Assembly (NCBI RefSeq): GCF_001194135.2
Contig: NC_068986.1
Location: forward strand, 68,625,228-68,689,227
Length of the DNA: 64,000 nt
Reading direction: 5' to 3'
DNA from: Octopus bimaculoides
Taxonomy: Eukaryota
Both the position numbers and the translations under genes were made by a program. Shown piece by piece: positions 50,646 through 64,000 of this stretch (positions within the stretch are counted from its first letter, which is position 1; each line of letters opens with the position of its first letter). Under the pieces are notes generated by a model. That model made no database searches and was not told where the DNA came from. It worked only from the letters and a program-made list of their open reading frames with translations.

Positions 50646-50883
50646 TAACCCTTTTGGTACCAACTCACCTGAGATTGCCTAATAGAAGATTTTTCTATGA
50701 TAGAAACTTCTAGTTTTAAACTAATTGAAATTAAAACCTGCCATTAAAATTTCATGTTAATTTATGTTCCAAACACCAGCTTAATAACAACAAAGTTATT
50801 TTACTAAATTCTTCATTAATTTCAAAATTAATTGAAACCAAAGTAGTGTAATTCAACAGAAATATGGAAATGAAAAGCTTAAA
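50646..50883. mobile_element. piggyBac-type MITE, second family
   Basis: Left TTAA-CCCTTTTGGTACC and degenerate right end ATATGGAAATGAAAAGC-TTAA. Confidence 0.55.
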
Positions 50884-51410
50884 TCAACATCAATATCTAT
50901 AATAATTAGCTGCTTAACAAGATGTAACAGACTCAGTTATAAAAGTTTGTTTAAAAGATTTAGTCGTCCTATGTACTGCGTACTAAATTTCTCATTTGCT
51001 TCTCTAATTTCTTCAGTTAATGCAAGAACCTCACTCCAAGAGCTTCATAATCTGTATCTTGTCTGTCTTATAAATGAACTACTTGTTAATTTTCACATCA
51101 TCAAATTCTTATCTGAGATCTCATACATCCATGATGGAATTTTCTGCTCACACCTTTATAATAACCATCATCATCATCATCATCATCATCATCGAAAGCC
51201 CAGTTTTCATTGCTTGCATGGATCAGATGAAATTTTTTGAGGCAGATTTTCTGCAGCCAAATGCCCTTCCTGTTGCTAATCTTTACCCATTTCCAAGCAA
51301 GATAACATTTCCCTATGGCATGACATGTTTTTCACAGAAGACTAGAAACAAACAACCTTGCCTGTATGACCAAGATACTTGATTACTAACACCATGTGAT
51401 GTATAGACAA

Positions 51411-51468
<58 letters not shown>

Positions 51469-51479
51469 GGGCTTCTTTC

Positions 51480-51629
51480 ATTTCTTGACTGGTACTTTAT
51501 TATCAACTTTGGAAAATGAATGGACAAGTTGATCTCAGTGGCAAAACAAATACTACAAGGCATTTTGTCTGATACTTGAATAATTCTGCCAGTTCACTCA
51601 CTGCCCTACTTTCCTCTATTATAATAATA

Positions 51630-51662
<33 letters not shown>

Positions 51663-52500
51663 TCAAATTTTTGCCACAAGGGCAACTTGGAGGAGATGGG
51701 GATGAGTCAATAACATCAACCCCAGTGTTCAAATGGTACTTATTCTATTAACCCCAAAAGGATGAATGACAAAGTCAACCTCGGCAGAATTTGAACTCAG
51801 AACGTAGTGACAGACAAAATACAGCTAAGCATTTCGTCCAGCATGCTAACAATTCCGTCAGCTCGCTTTCTACTACAAGGCACAAAGCCCGAAATTTTGG
51901 AGGAGGGCGCTAGTCAAAGACATCAACCCCAAAAAAATGAAGGGCAAAGTCAACCTTGGCAGAATTTGAACTCAAAACGAAGACAGACGAAATGTCAATA
52001 ACCATTTTGCCTGGCATGCTGATGATTCTGCCAGCTCAAATAATGATTATAATAATAATCCTTTCTACTAAAGACACAAGGCCTGAAATTTGTGGGGAAG
52101 GGACTAATCAATTACATCAACCCCCGTGCTTCACTGGTACTTAATTTATCAAGCCTGAAAGGACGAAAGGCAAAGTTAACCTCAACAGAACTTGAACTTA
52201 GAACATAAAGACAGACACAATACTGCCAAGCATTTTGCCTGGCATGCGAATGATTGTCAGTTCACCACCTTAATAATAATCCTTTCTGTTAAAGGCACAA
52301 GGTCTGAAATTTGGGAGGGAGGGGGACTAGTCAATTACATCAACCCCAGTATTTCACTGGTACATAATTTATCAACTCCCCCAAAAGGATGAAAGGCAAA
52401 GTCGACCTCAGCAGAATTTGAACTCAGAATGTAAGGATGGGCAAAATGCTTAGCAGCATTTTGCCCAGCATGTTAACAATTCTGCCAGCTCGCTGCTATA
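51480..52500 (-). mobile_element. Array of about five head-to-tail tRNA-derived SINEs
   Basis: The AAAGTC(A/G)ACC...GCAGAA(T/C)TTGAACT block occurs at ~51770, 51945, 52170 and 52400, plus a diverged copy at ~51520. Units are separated by ATT/AAT runs. Confidence 0.88.
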
Positions 52501-53289
52501 TAATGATAATAGTAATAATAATCTAAAATAGATCATTGCAAAGATATCACTGTAATTAAACATACCACCAGTAAAAAAGAAAAAGTCCTAACATTACAAT
52601 TAGAATTAAATAAAATGTTGCAAATATTGATTGGGTGGAAGTATTTTATTTTTTCTTTGGTCTTTTTATCAAAAGAAAAAAAATCAGATTCAGACAGTTT
52701 TTATAATAATGAGTTCAGCTCTTACTCTCAGAAAGACAGACATGTATCAATAAAACAAAAAAGAGTGTCTAAATGCTTTAATATAAAGATGATATATAAT
52801 GAATAGAAAACATTTCTTTTCATGCTGAATGAAGGAATACATGAGTAATAATCATACAGAGTATATCAACTACTTAAAATCTGGATAGTTGGCTGCTCTT
52901 TCTGCTTTTGTATTTCTGAAAATTTAAATAAATCCAAACCCATTATGCTTTACTCCAAAATCCTATTCATTGCAGAGGAATAGATTCTCTGTCACCATTC
53001 TGCATTTCAACTAAGAATGTCGCTCTCTTTGTACTGCAGGTCATCATCACCATGTAATGTCCACTTTCTCATACTTGCATAGGTCAGATGGAATGTGTTG
53101 AAGCAGATTTTCTACAAGTGGATACCCTTCCAGTCACCAACCCTCACCTATTTCCAAGTAAGGTAATATTTCCTATGACCAAACATAGTTTTCCACAGAA
53201 GACTGGAAAAAAACAACCTTGCTTCCAGTCTTCTGATACTCATTTACAACTATCACTCAAGAAGACCTGCCCACCACAACAGAATTGAG

Positions 53290-53512
53290 ATCTTAAAACC
53301 AAGGTGCCACATAAAAAGGTGTGGGTGCTGGTGTCACATAAAAAGCACTGGCAATGGTGCCATGTAAAAAGCATCCAAAACATTCTGTAGAGTAGTTGGT
53401 GTTCGAATGGGCAAAACAGACAATGGAAATTGGTGCAGCCCCTGGCCTTACCAGTTCTGGTCAAGTCATCCAACCCATGCCAGCATAGAAAACAGATGTA
53501 TGATGATGTTGA
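53290..53512 (+). mobile_element. RTE 3' tail fragment, diverged
   Basis: ...TCAAGTCATCCAACCCATGCCAGCATAGAAAACAGATGTATGATGATG. Confidence 0.75.
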
Positions 53513-53556
53513 AGTTGTTTGGACAAGGATATACATACATGCATATATGCGCATGT

Positions 53557-53587
<31 letters not shown>

Positions 53588-53658
53588 CTCTTCTTTCAGT
53601 TTCCATCAATCTGTTCCACTCACAAGGCTTTGGTCAGCTTGGGGGCTATAGCAGAAGA

Positions 53659-53905
53659 AGGCGGTGAGCTGGCAGAAACGTTAGCACACCGGGCGAAATG
53701 CTTAGCGGTATTTCGTCTGCCGTTACGTTCTGAGTTCAAATTCCGCCGAGGTCGACTTTGCCTTTCATCCTTTCGGGGTCGATAGATTAAGTACCAGTTG
53801 CGCACTGGGTCGATGTAATTGACTTAATTCCTTTGTCTGTCCTTGTTTGTCCCCTCTATGTTTCGCCCATTGTGGGCAATAAAGAAATAAAGAAATAAGA
53901 AATAA
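53659..53905 (+). mobile_element. Young tRNA-derived SINE nested in a minus-strand CORE SINE (53590-53990)
   Basis: CpG-rich head GGCGGTGAGCTGGCAGAAACGTTAGC...GTTCAAATTCCGCCGAGGTCGAC and (AAGAAAT)n tail. The host SINE is split at an AGAAGA duplication. Confidence 0.92.
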
Positions 53906-55389
53906 GAAGACACTCGTCCAAGTTGCTGCACAGCAGGACTGAACCCAAGATCACATGGTTAAAAAGCTTCTTCACCATTAGCTATGCCAACACAGTGAGA
54001 TAAAAAATAAAGCTCTTATGGTTGTAGACAGCAACTTGTAATAAAATATGTATCTGTATTATTTTACAAATTACTGAATACTGAATTACAAAATTTTCAT
54101 TTCACTTCATGGGAAAATTTAAAAGCTAGCATTTAACTCTAGGACTCCTTTAAGGCCTAGTGCCTAGCTTCAGCTCACTGATATTAAACAGGTGAGACAT
54201 AAATCTTCCCTTATGAAAAATAATGGTCTATCATAAGTTGTTGTTGTTATTTAGACTCAGGTCATCTATGATCAAGCTGTAACTATCCTGTCTGAGTGAT
54301 TAAGGTGTAGAAATTACATCTGCTCCTCAACTAAGCAATTTTATTTATTCATCTCAGTCAGCTTCATAACTGTCAAGGGTGTCTGATATTAGTGCACAAA
54401 TCAAACTATGAGTGTTCGTAGTCTTACTGAATATAAATAGCCAAGATAATAGTATTACAAAAAACACAATTACATTGAGGAAGGCACGCTGCTCAATTAT
54501 GAGATGTAACTAAGAATTTAGCTTTTGGAGGCACTAGACTCAATGTAAAAATAGGAAGTGTAGGATAATTTCAAGCAGGTCAACAGGAAATCAACACTAA
54601 ATGCAACCCATACACAGGAAGAGTTTGAATAGCTTTAAATAAATGACTATAGTTTATTCTGATGCTTGTCAAAGGCAGTGATGTTGATGGAAATAGTAAT
54701 AGTTATAATAAGAACAAATAGGTTGTAATATCTATGTGATGTAATTTAATAGGTGAACTAAGCAGTGCGATAGTGTCTATCATGTAGAGAGGATGGAAGA
54801 AGTTTAAGGAACTCTTGTTGTTTTTATTAATGATAAAAGGATTATCATTCCAGCTGTGGAAACCAAGCCAAAACAGACTATGAAACCTGGTGTAGCCCCT
54901 GGCCTTGCCAGTTCCTGTCAAGCCTGGAAAATGGACATTGATAATGACAAAGACTGAGATCATATGATGTATACGTCAGAAGTATATATCACATGATGCA
55001 CAAGTCACAAGAATATAGATCATATGATAAGAGAGAAAGAATGAAGGAAATTGATACCAGTATTTGACAAGCACTCTATCAACCCAGGAAGGTGGAAAGG
55101 CTAAAGTTGACCAAAGCAGGATTTGGACTAAAAATGCAGAGAACCAGCTCTAACAACTCTGCAAATTCACGACCTAGATCATATGATGTGCATGTCAGAA
55201 TTAGATAGAAACAACCTGAGTATTGGTTTCATTTAACCACCTCCTCTCCACTTCCTACCACACATACCAATTACTTTCCTTTTCACAGTGTTTCCTTAAC
55301 AGAATTTTTAAAACTTCCACCTCTGGCCACATATCTCTTACACCTACAGATGTTCAAACTGAGGACATATTAATGAAAGAAGGGACTAG

Positions 55390-55980
55390 ATATTGGTTTC
55401 AAATTCTGGCACAAGGCCAGTAATTTTGGGGGGAGGGAATAAGTTGATTACATCAATCCCAGTGTTCAATTGGTACTTATTTTACCGACCCTAAAAAGAT
55501 GAAAGGCAAAGTCAATCTTAGCAGAATTTGAACTCAAAACATGCAGACAGACAAAATGCTGCAAAGCATTTTAACCAGCATGCAAATGATTCTGCCAGCT
55601 TGCTGCCTTAAGAAGGAACTATATATTATTAACTGACATTGGTTGTTGAATAGACAAGGCTAATCTTTTATCTGTTTTAGTCATAAGACTGTGCCCATAA
55701 TAGGGCACCGCCTTGAAGAACTTTTAGTCAAATGAACTGACTCCAATACTTTTTTTCTTTGAAACCTGGTATTTATTATAACGGTCTCTTTTGCCAAACT
55801 GCTATGTAAACAAACCACTACCAGTTGTCAAACAGTGGTGAGGGACAAATACAGTCTCCATCTACATCTACCAAATCCACTCACAAAGCTTTGGTTGGCC
55901 TGAGACTATAGTAGAAAGCACACTTGCTCAAGGTGTTTTCTAAGCAAGCTTCCTACCACAGAGCCTCACCTAATGTTTAT
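55390..55980 (-). mobile_element. Two adjacent minus-strand SINEs (55390-55610 GTCGAC family; 55675-55980 CORE type)
   Basis: Matches to both family consensuses. Confidence 0.8.
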
Positions 55981-56340
55981 ATCATTTATTCTTTTAGTCA
56001 CTGTACTAGAACACTACTTTCAAGGTTGTTCAATGCTTTTTCTTTTTTTATCAATCAATCATATCAACCCCATTACTTATTTCCCTCTGGTAATTATTTC
56101 ATAGATTTCTATTAAACAAACAATTCAGTTAGCTTTTGACATAAAAGCATGCAACTCAATACACTGTTTCAACACAAACTCATATACGACTGAGTGGTTA
56201 ACAAGTCTGCAATATATATACACAGGATGGTACTTTGTGCAAGTGTCTTCTATGTACTATAGTCTTGAGTTGACCAATGCAATGTGAGCAATATTTGGTA
56301 GACAAGAACTGTATGGAAGCCCATTTATTTATAAGAGTGA

Positions 56341-56444
<104 letters not shown>

Positions 56445-58984
56445 ACTTTTGTGTTTGTTTGCATGCTTTCAAAATGACACCACTTGAGCAGTGATGATGG
56501 GCATTTATGTCTGATCGCTTAGCAGTTTCAATATGTGAAGACCAGCTGAATAAAGTACTAAGTTTTTAAAACAAGGGTTGGCATTAGGAAGGGTATCTGA
56601 CCACAGAATACTGCCTCAGGTAATTTCTTCCAACCCCATTCCACCATGGAAAAAGCAGGTAAAAGAAAGAAAGAAAAAAAACCCACCATGATAACAATGA
56701 TGATGATTTCTCAGTTCCATCTAACAAATTTAATTCACATGGAATTACTAACTCAATGCCACAGCAGAAACAGTTGTCCAAGGTGTTGTTGCAGAGAGAG
56801 AATTGAACTCAGAATCATATGGCTGTGAAACATTTTAACCACACAACTATGCTTGTATAACAAGTTTGTCTGAGATGATTAACAGAATGGCTAAAAATAA
56901 ATCTGAATCATGATCCTTAGTATCAGACCATAAACATTCAGGGAAACTGAATTAACAGATAAGATGATACAGGTTGAGAATAAATGGGATTAAATGACCT
57001 GATGCAGTCAACTGAATTTAATGCAGATAAAAAAAAAAAAATGGATGTTAAGTCAAAGAATAATTATGTGACATGGCTGTGTGGTTAAGAAGCTTGATCC
57101 TGAACCATGTGGTCTCAGGTTCAGTCCTATTGTATGGCACTTTGGGCATCTTCTACTATAGCCACAGGCTAACCAAAGTGAATTTAGTGAACAGAAACTA
57201 AAAGAAGCTCATTGTGTGTGCATGTGTGTGTCTGTGTGTACCCTTGTCCTGATATCACTTGATGATTATAAACAAGTAACACTTTCATACAAACAATGTT
57301 GCCTGTTTTTGCCATCCAACCCATGCAAGCATAGAAAAGTGGACGTTAAAATGATGATGCCGGTGGTAGTGGTGCTGGTGGTGGTATTAAGCCAGTGTAA
57401 GCTTGGCGAAAAGGAAAACAAAATCAATAAAACATCCAAAATAATATAGATACATATAACTAATAAACTATAAAGAAGTGAATTTTACAATATAAAAAGA
57501 TTAATTTATAGCTAAAATAATTTGAGATATATTATCATACTTTTTAACTATCCACAATCATTTAATTGTATATTTACAAATATTATATTAGATAGGGAAT
57601 GAAAACCAATGGAATAGATAGAAATCAAATTGATTCAATTGCACAATTAACTGCCAATTTAATGTGTATTCAAGCCAAAGATTGGTCGTTAATAAATCAA
57701 GTAATTTTAACTAATTTTGCAAATTAGATTATGACAAAATGAAATTTATCAATAGACAATAATGATATTTTAGTTTTTCTCTTCTTGATCGCAGGTCCTT
57801 TAGAGAAGAGAAAAAGCATGGTAAATTGGTGAGATCAAGTATATTCTGAGTATATAATTTTATCAATACCGGCAGGATGAAAAACTCAATTGATATTGTA
57901 GTCAAAACAGTACTATTTACTAGTCTTTCCCAAATATTCGGATTAATGCATATCATGTTTATGATTTCACAGAAAATGAAATATTACACCGGCCACTTTC
58001 TCTAATTCTCCATTCTTTTTATGACATTCAGATAGTATGTCATCATCATCATCATTTGACCATTCACTCATCCATGTTTGCATGGGTCACACAGAGTTTA
58101 TTGAGGCAGGTTTTCTACAGCTGGATGCCTTTCCTGTCATCAATCCTTGTTTCCAAGCAAGCTAATATTTCCCCATTGCCAGACGTTTTCGCAGAATATT
58201 GAAATTGAATGACAGTGCTAGTATGACAGTGATATCCATTTACAATCATCATGCAATGGTATAATCAACAATTTCACCATGTGACCAGAAATGGCCAATG
58301 AGAAGGAGCTTTATCATCCATCCACAATCTACTTTACTCAAAAGCTATGACAAGCTCACTACTTAGTACTGAAGTATCCAAATTATCAAAAATGCTTTTT
58401 GTCTCTCTTTGTGTCTTTCAGCAATGCAAATCTGAGTTAAATTGTTGATACAAATATTTAATCTCCTGAAATGAGCTCTTTTATTTGCACAGCTATCTGT
58501 ATATGTGCGTGTGTGAGTGTGTATAATTCATGTATGCATATACTTTTTGCCAATAAATATCAGCCAAAACTTGGTTCTCTTTGAATGAAGTCCTAAGAAG
58601 CAGACACTCCCTTGTCACTCTTGCCAGCTGATATATAGTGAACCAGTGATCAACCTATTGAAAACCTACAACCAATAATGCCTGCGTTGACAAATTGAAG
58701 TTAAAAAATAAACCCACTCCCAAACACTAGTTACATTACCTACCTAACAAGCTACCAACTAAATTTAGACTGTCACCTTGGCAGTTCATGAGTGCTTCTA
58801 TGATTATTCCTGTATAATGCTTACACAAAGCACACAGTAGCAACATATTATCTATTCCTCTCTTACGTAAGATAAAGTTCTTATATACAACGTCTGATGA
58901 ATAATAAAAAAAAAAAGGTGACTCAGGTTATGAGGTCAACGATCACACAATGCATAAATGCACGTAAGGACAAAAGCTTTTCAG

Positions 58985-59255
58985 ATGGTGCCCCAGCATG
59001 GCCACAGCCTATTGAATGAAACAAGTAAATAAGAAAAAAAAAAAAATATATATATATATTCAAACCAACACCATTGGTCAAGTGGTGGTGGAGGACAAAC
59101 ACAAACAAACACGCACAAAGCTTCTTTCAGTTTCCATCTATCAAATGCACTCACAAGGGTTTGGTTGGCCCAGGGCTATAGTAGAAGATACTTGCCCATG
59201 GTGCCATGCAGTGGAACAGAACCTGAAACCATGTCGTTGGGAAGCAAGCTTATAG
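58985..59255. mobile_element. CORE-SINE tail (+) abutting a minus-strand CORE-SINE
   Basis: CCCAGCATGGCCACAG tail, then reverse-complement body and head. Confidence 0.75.
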
Positions 59256-59789
59256 ATATATTTTGGGACGAAAGCTTTCCACATGATTCTAAGAAATATT
59301 TACACTGCAGTAAACAAAATCTAAAAATTAATAAACACAGAAAAAATTTTAAAAACTTAATTGCTGAACGACTAAAATAAACGTTTAAATTTAACAGACT
59401 ATATTTGTAGATTTCAAAAGTAAAAATATATTTCTACCTCTCCTTACTCGAGAAATATCGATTGAAACAATTTTTGTTAGTTGGGAAAAACCACAATTTA
59501 TTTTTCTAGTGAAAATGATTTTTTTCCCCCACCTTTAAATATTTCTTTTTTTAAAATTTATCTTATTGATATTACAGAAATAAATTGAATTAAATGTTAT
59601 ATAACATGACAAATAATGTAATCCAAGTCTGTAATAAAAGTTATATTTGTGTTTATGGAAATAATGAGTTTGAATAGCCACAAGGGTACAAAAAAGCATC
59701 ATATTAGAATACATTTTAAGTACAGAATAGTATAAAACTGCCGAATGTATTGCTCTTTCTGTAATGAAAGAGAAATTTACAGAGATGCT

Positions 59790-60130
59790 GACATTGCTCT
59801 ATGGTTAAGAAGTTCACTTTATAACCATGTTATCTTGGGTTACTGCAGGTACTTTGAGTGTCTTTTGTTATAGCCCTAGGCCAATCCATGATTTGTGAGT
59901 GAATAAGACAGGAACTGTAAAAAGACCATTGTGTGTTGTGCTCATCTTTGATTCTGTCTCTAACACCACCACTCAACAACCCAAGTTTCACTCCTCTGTG
60001 ACTTAGCAGTTGGACAAACTAATAAGCCCCCAGACTTTAAAAAATAAGTAGCAGGATCAATTTGATCAATGAAACCCTTCAAAATGGTGCCCCAACAGAG
60101 CTACAGTTCAATGATTAAAAACAATAAAAG
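59790..60130 (+). mobile_element. CORE-type SINE, old copy
   Basis: Diverged head-to-tail match. Confidence 0.65.
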
Positions 60131-60146
60131 AATATGTGTGTATGTG

Positions 60147-60189
<43 letters not shown>

Positions 60190-60396
60190 CTGTGTGTATG
60201 TATATGTGTGTGTGTATATATATTTAGTAGAAGTAACAGAGTGACTCAAGATCCAAGAGTTTTGTGCACTGGCACTTATCCACACAAAACTCTCAGACCT
60301 CGAGTCACTCTGTTACTTCTGCTAAATATTAATAAAAAAAAATATACATATAATCATATTTTGAGTTCTAGTTTTCCTGTTTACATCAATATACCA

Positions 60397-60436
<40 letters not shown>

Positions 60437-60714
60437 AAATGAGATGACAAAGGAATACACAATTGTCTTATGAACATCATTAGTTTACAGCTGTTTCTTT
60501 TGCTATAGGATGCAGTGGAGTCACTCCAATGAAGCTATAAGGTGTTACTCAGGCATTTGATTATCAGTCTACAGCCTCTTATAGCGGAAACAGCAGTAAG
60601 CTAATGAAGTTCATAAGATAATCGTTTATTCCTTTGTCATCTCATTTTCTTATTTCTGCTCTGTACTTTACTAATGCTTCATTCTGAGGCATGTTATTAG
60701 CCTCGCAATGCTTG

Positions 60715-60818
60715 TGTGAGTGAGTGTGTGTGTTTACATATATATATAGATGTATGTGTGTATATATATGTATGTATGTGTGTATATATATATATATATG
60801 TGTGTGTATATATATGTA

Positions 60819-60865
<47 letters not shown>

Positions 60866-60930
60866 ATATATATATGTGTGTGTGTGTGTGTGTATGTGTG
60901 TGTAGGTGTACGCACACGTGTGTGTAAGTG
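60715..60930. repeat. Compound (TA)/(TG) microsatellite
   Basis: Visible dinucleotide runs. Confidence 0.98.
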
Positions 60931-61769
60931 TTTATGACAGCCTTCTTTCAGTCTACCAAATCCACACACAAGAGTTTGACCAGCTCAAAGCAATGCTAGA
61001 AGACAATTGCTCAAGGTGTCATGCAGTGGGACTGAATCCAGAATCAAGTGCATCTGGTGTTGGTTTGTTCATATTCTTATAACTTAGCAGTTCAACAAAA
61101 GGGATTGATAAGTATCAGGCACAAAAAAAACCTACATACTTCTGTCAATTTGTTTCACTAAACTCTCCAAGGAAGTAACCCAACATAGCTGCAATGCAAT
61201 GAGTGACACAAGTCAAGGATTGAAGAAATGTATTCTTTTCAGACCTGTGCTACTGGGAGCGGAGATAACAATGGTTCCTCCTGTTTTTATTTTTGCTGTT
61301 GTAGCCAAGTATTTTTGCTTTTGTATAGGTTTAAAAGCTTGCATTGAGCAACACCAAGAATTTATCCTTCAACTGCCATTTTAACAATGACTGGATTATT
61401 ATTATTTTTTTTTGGCATATCGTCAGAGTTAGTTTCTTTTGTACCTTGGGCGAGTCAATAATAAACACAGACAGTGATTCTACTTCATTTCTTATATGAC
61501 TATTAGTCAACTAGTTAAACATTAAACCAATTAACTAATCGATTGTTTGATCAATCACTCATTCAGTAAAGTTCATCAGAGTTCAATCATTGTCATTCAC
61601 AACCTCATCAATGACATATTTTCCCTACTCCAGGTCACAAATGATAATGAAAGGACTCCATCAACACTTGCTGAATGATTGATTGACTGACTGACTGAAA
61701 AATTAATCAAACAACTGATTAGTTAGTTGGTTACATGGTTAATTAGTTATGTAATCACATGACTGACCA

Positions 61770-62015
61770 GGCTATCCAGACATTGTTACACATCATTGGT
61801 CACAATGTGCTTTTGCATTGTTTTAGCCTGCAAATGACGCCACCCCACTGGCTAAGTGTGCAGGCCAACATTCCTCTCTGATAGAAAGGGGACAGGAGCA
61901 ACATGAATTGAAGTGTTCTGCTCCAGAACACAAAGCGCCACCCAGTCAGGGAATCAAACCCACAATTTAGCCATCATGAGTGCAATAGCCTTACCACTAG
62001 GCCACATGCCTTCAC
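61770..62015 (-). mobile_element. tRNA-derived SINE, a further family
   Basis: The minus strand begins GTGAAGGCATGTGGCCTAGTGGTAAGG, with B-box GGGTTTGATTCC, and is followed by tetranucleotide-like repeats. Confidence 0.75.
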
Positions 62016-62821
62016 GGTTAGCTAGTAGACTAATAATAACATAAAAAAAGAGCAATAGAACCAATCCATGTGTTTATTCTTGGCATAAAAGCCCTCCCAA
62101 GATACAACAAAATCTGTTACAACACTTGATTACACAAAAAATCTTGCAGGCAAAATACAAAAACAAAATACTCAGTATTAGTTGAAACCATAACTCTAAT
62201 AGTTTTCTTTAGACAATAGAGTAGTATTAGAGGAAGATTTGATGTAGGTCAAACACCATGTAGATGCTGTCACAATATCAGTATATGTGTGAATGTAAAT
62301 GGTTGTATGATTAAAATATTTAGTTTGCAATTATGAAGCTCCAGATTCAATCCTGCTACATGACATCTCAGTCAAATAACCATGGCCATAACCTCAGACT
62401 GACCAAGAAGCTCACTGAATGGATACTACTTATAATTCAAAGAGCTAGTATGTCACTGGATCTGCATGTTAGCTGTATTAAGGGTACAAATATCTGTGGA
62501 ATACACAACCACTTACATAAATATCATTCAATGAATAGTTCAACTGATCGAACAACTTGAATACTCATTATTCAAATTTGTAACATGTCCATTTACCTTA
62601 TTCACTTATCTTTCTATTCAGACACACACAATTCTTTTACTAGTTTCAGCCACATACACACAAAACAGTCACTTAGAAGTTTTAGCTTGCTCATTATCAT
62701 CATAATTAATTTTTCCCATAAAAATTTTATAAATATTTATTCTACTAAGAAGCATTGAGTAATACTTTAATTTAATGCTAAATTGTTTTTATATATAACT
62801 CGATACAAAAGCAAGCATTAA

Positions 62822-62891
<70 letters not shown>

Positions 62892-63079
62892 TGAGAGTGG
62901 AACAGGCACATACTATATCCCCTCATACTTTCTCAATTACATTTCTTTTTCATCCCAAACTACTTCCATTTCTCATTATCTTCTGCAATGGTGCAATACC
63001 CTGGAAAGTGTGAGTTAAATAACATGTACTTCTCTAACTCTCTAAGGTTAAAAAAAAACAAAAAAAAAAATACCTAAAT

Positions 63080-63313
63080 TGAAGCACTGCCAGTGACATG
63101 TAAAAGCACCCATGCAGGTGGCATATGAAAGCAGCCATGCTGGTGACACATAAAAGGCACCCGCTACACTCATGGAGTGGCTGGTGTAAGAAGGACATCT
63201 AACCATAGAAACCAAGCCAAAATCAGACTGGAACCTGATGCAGTTCTCTGGCTTACCAGTTTCAGTCAAACTGTCTAACCCATGCCAGTATGTAAAGTGG
63301 ATGTTAAATGATG

Positions 63314-63320
<7 letters not shown>
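63080..63320 (+). mobile_element. RTE 3' tail fragment
   Basis: CATGTAAAAGCACCC...AACCCATGCCAGTATGTAAAGTGGATGTTAAATGATGAT. Confidence 0.8.
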
Positions 63321-63345
<25 letters not shown>

Positions 63346-63424
63346 GTGTACACACCACATACACAATAAAAATGCATATCTATCTACATATATATATATA
63401 TATATATATAAATTGTAAATCCAA

Positions 63425-64000
63425 AAAAATAACAACAAAACTAAAAAGGATTCCGCGGTACACGTGTTTCAAGCTTTATATGTGTATAATATATGTGTAT
63501 AATTTACAATGTAAAGCTATCCTCAGCCGCAAAATTATTTCTCTCCCAGGAAATTATACCACCTTGGTGTTGAAGTGGGAAGAAAGGTGTGATGTAAGAG
63601 GTGAAGATCCTTTTATTTTTATTTTAAGTTTATTCTTACTTTTTTACATGAATATCTGTGTATGTCTTTTTATTGTATTGTATTGTTCTTAACCACCAAC
63701 TTAACACTACACACTGAATCGTGGCAAGGTATGGAAGGTTTTCAGAGGACCGGAGAGATTATGTCTGGGTGGAGAATTATACGAGGTATAGTACTATACG
63801 GAATACCGAAAGGATCTTCACCTCTTACATCACACCTTTCTTCCCACTTCAATGCCGAGGTGGTATAATTTCCTGGGAGAGAAATAATTTTGCGGCTGAG
63901 GATAGCTTTACATTGTAAATTATACACATATTATATTATACACATATAAAGCTTGAAACACGTGTACCGCAGAATCCTTTGTAGTTTTGTTGTTATTTTT
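63425..64000. mobile_element. Young foldback/MITE with ~190-bp near-perfect inverted arms (63425-63613 and 63809-64000), running off the window
   Basis: The right arm is the reverse complement of the left with few substitutions; the ~195-bp spacer is preceded by (TA)n. Confidence 0.9.

Noticed and set aside
58392-58450. Strong plus-strand acceptor at 58421
   Set aside because: All three frames stop within nine codons and no donor is evident.

Overview
AT-rich, repeat-dense eukaryotic non-coding DNA (large intron or intergenic) with five N-gaps. The repeat families recalled from memory point to an Octopus genome: CORE-type and other tRNA-derived SINEs, an RTE LINE with a (GAT)n tail, and piggyBac-, hAT- and Tc1-type MITEs. 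No complete host gene can be supported. The recognisable coding sequence is transposon-derived: RTE ORF2 C-termini, a decayed LINE RT (LNHADDIVLL), a Helitron Rep motif-2 fragment (IEFQKRGLPHCH) and a Helitron N-terminal relic. The best host-exon candidate is a 282-nt phase 0/0 ORF at 30117-30398 (+). The most interesting signals are RNA-level. There are two unrelated minimal type-I hammerhead ribozyme motifs of the Penelope type (27173-27209 minus; 45487-45532 plus). The second sits in a head-to-head palindromic element built as tRNA B-box + (AAT)n + hammerhead tail, which suggests a tRNA-headed SINE using a Penelope 3' module. Also noted: a structured RTE-like 5' leader (43051-43153), two AG|GTAAG recursive-splice-like sites, nested transposon stacks, a five-copy SINE array and a young ~190-bp inverted repeat at the window end. 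All calls are by eye, with no database search or folding run.
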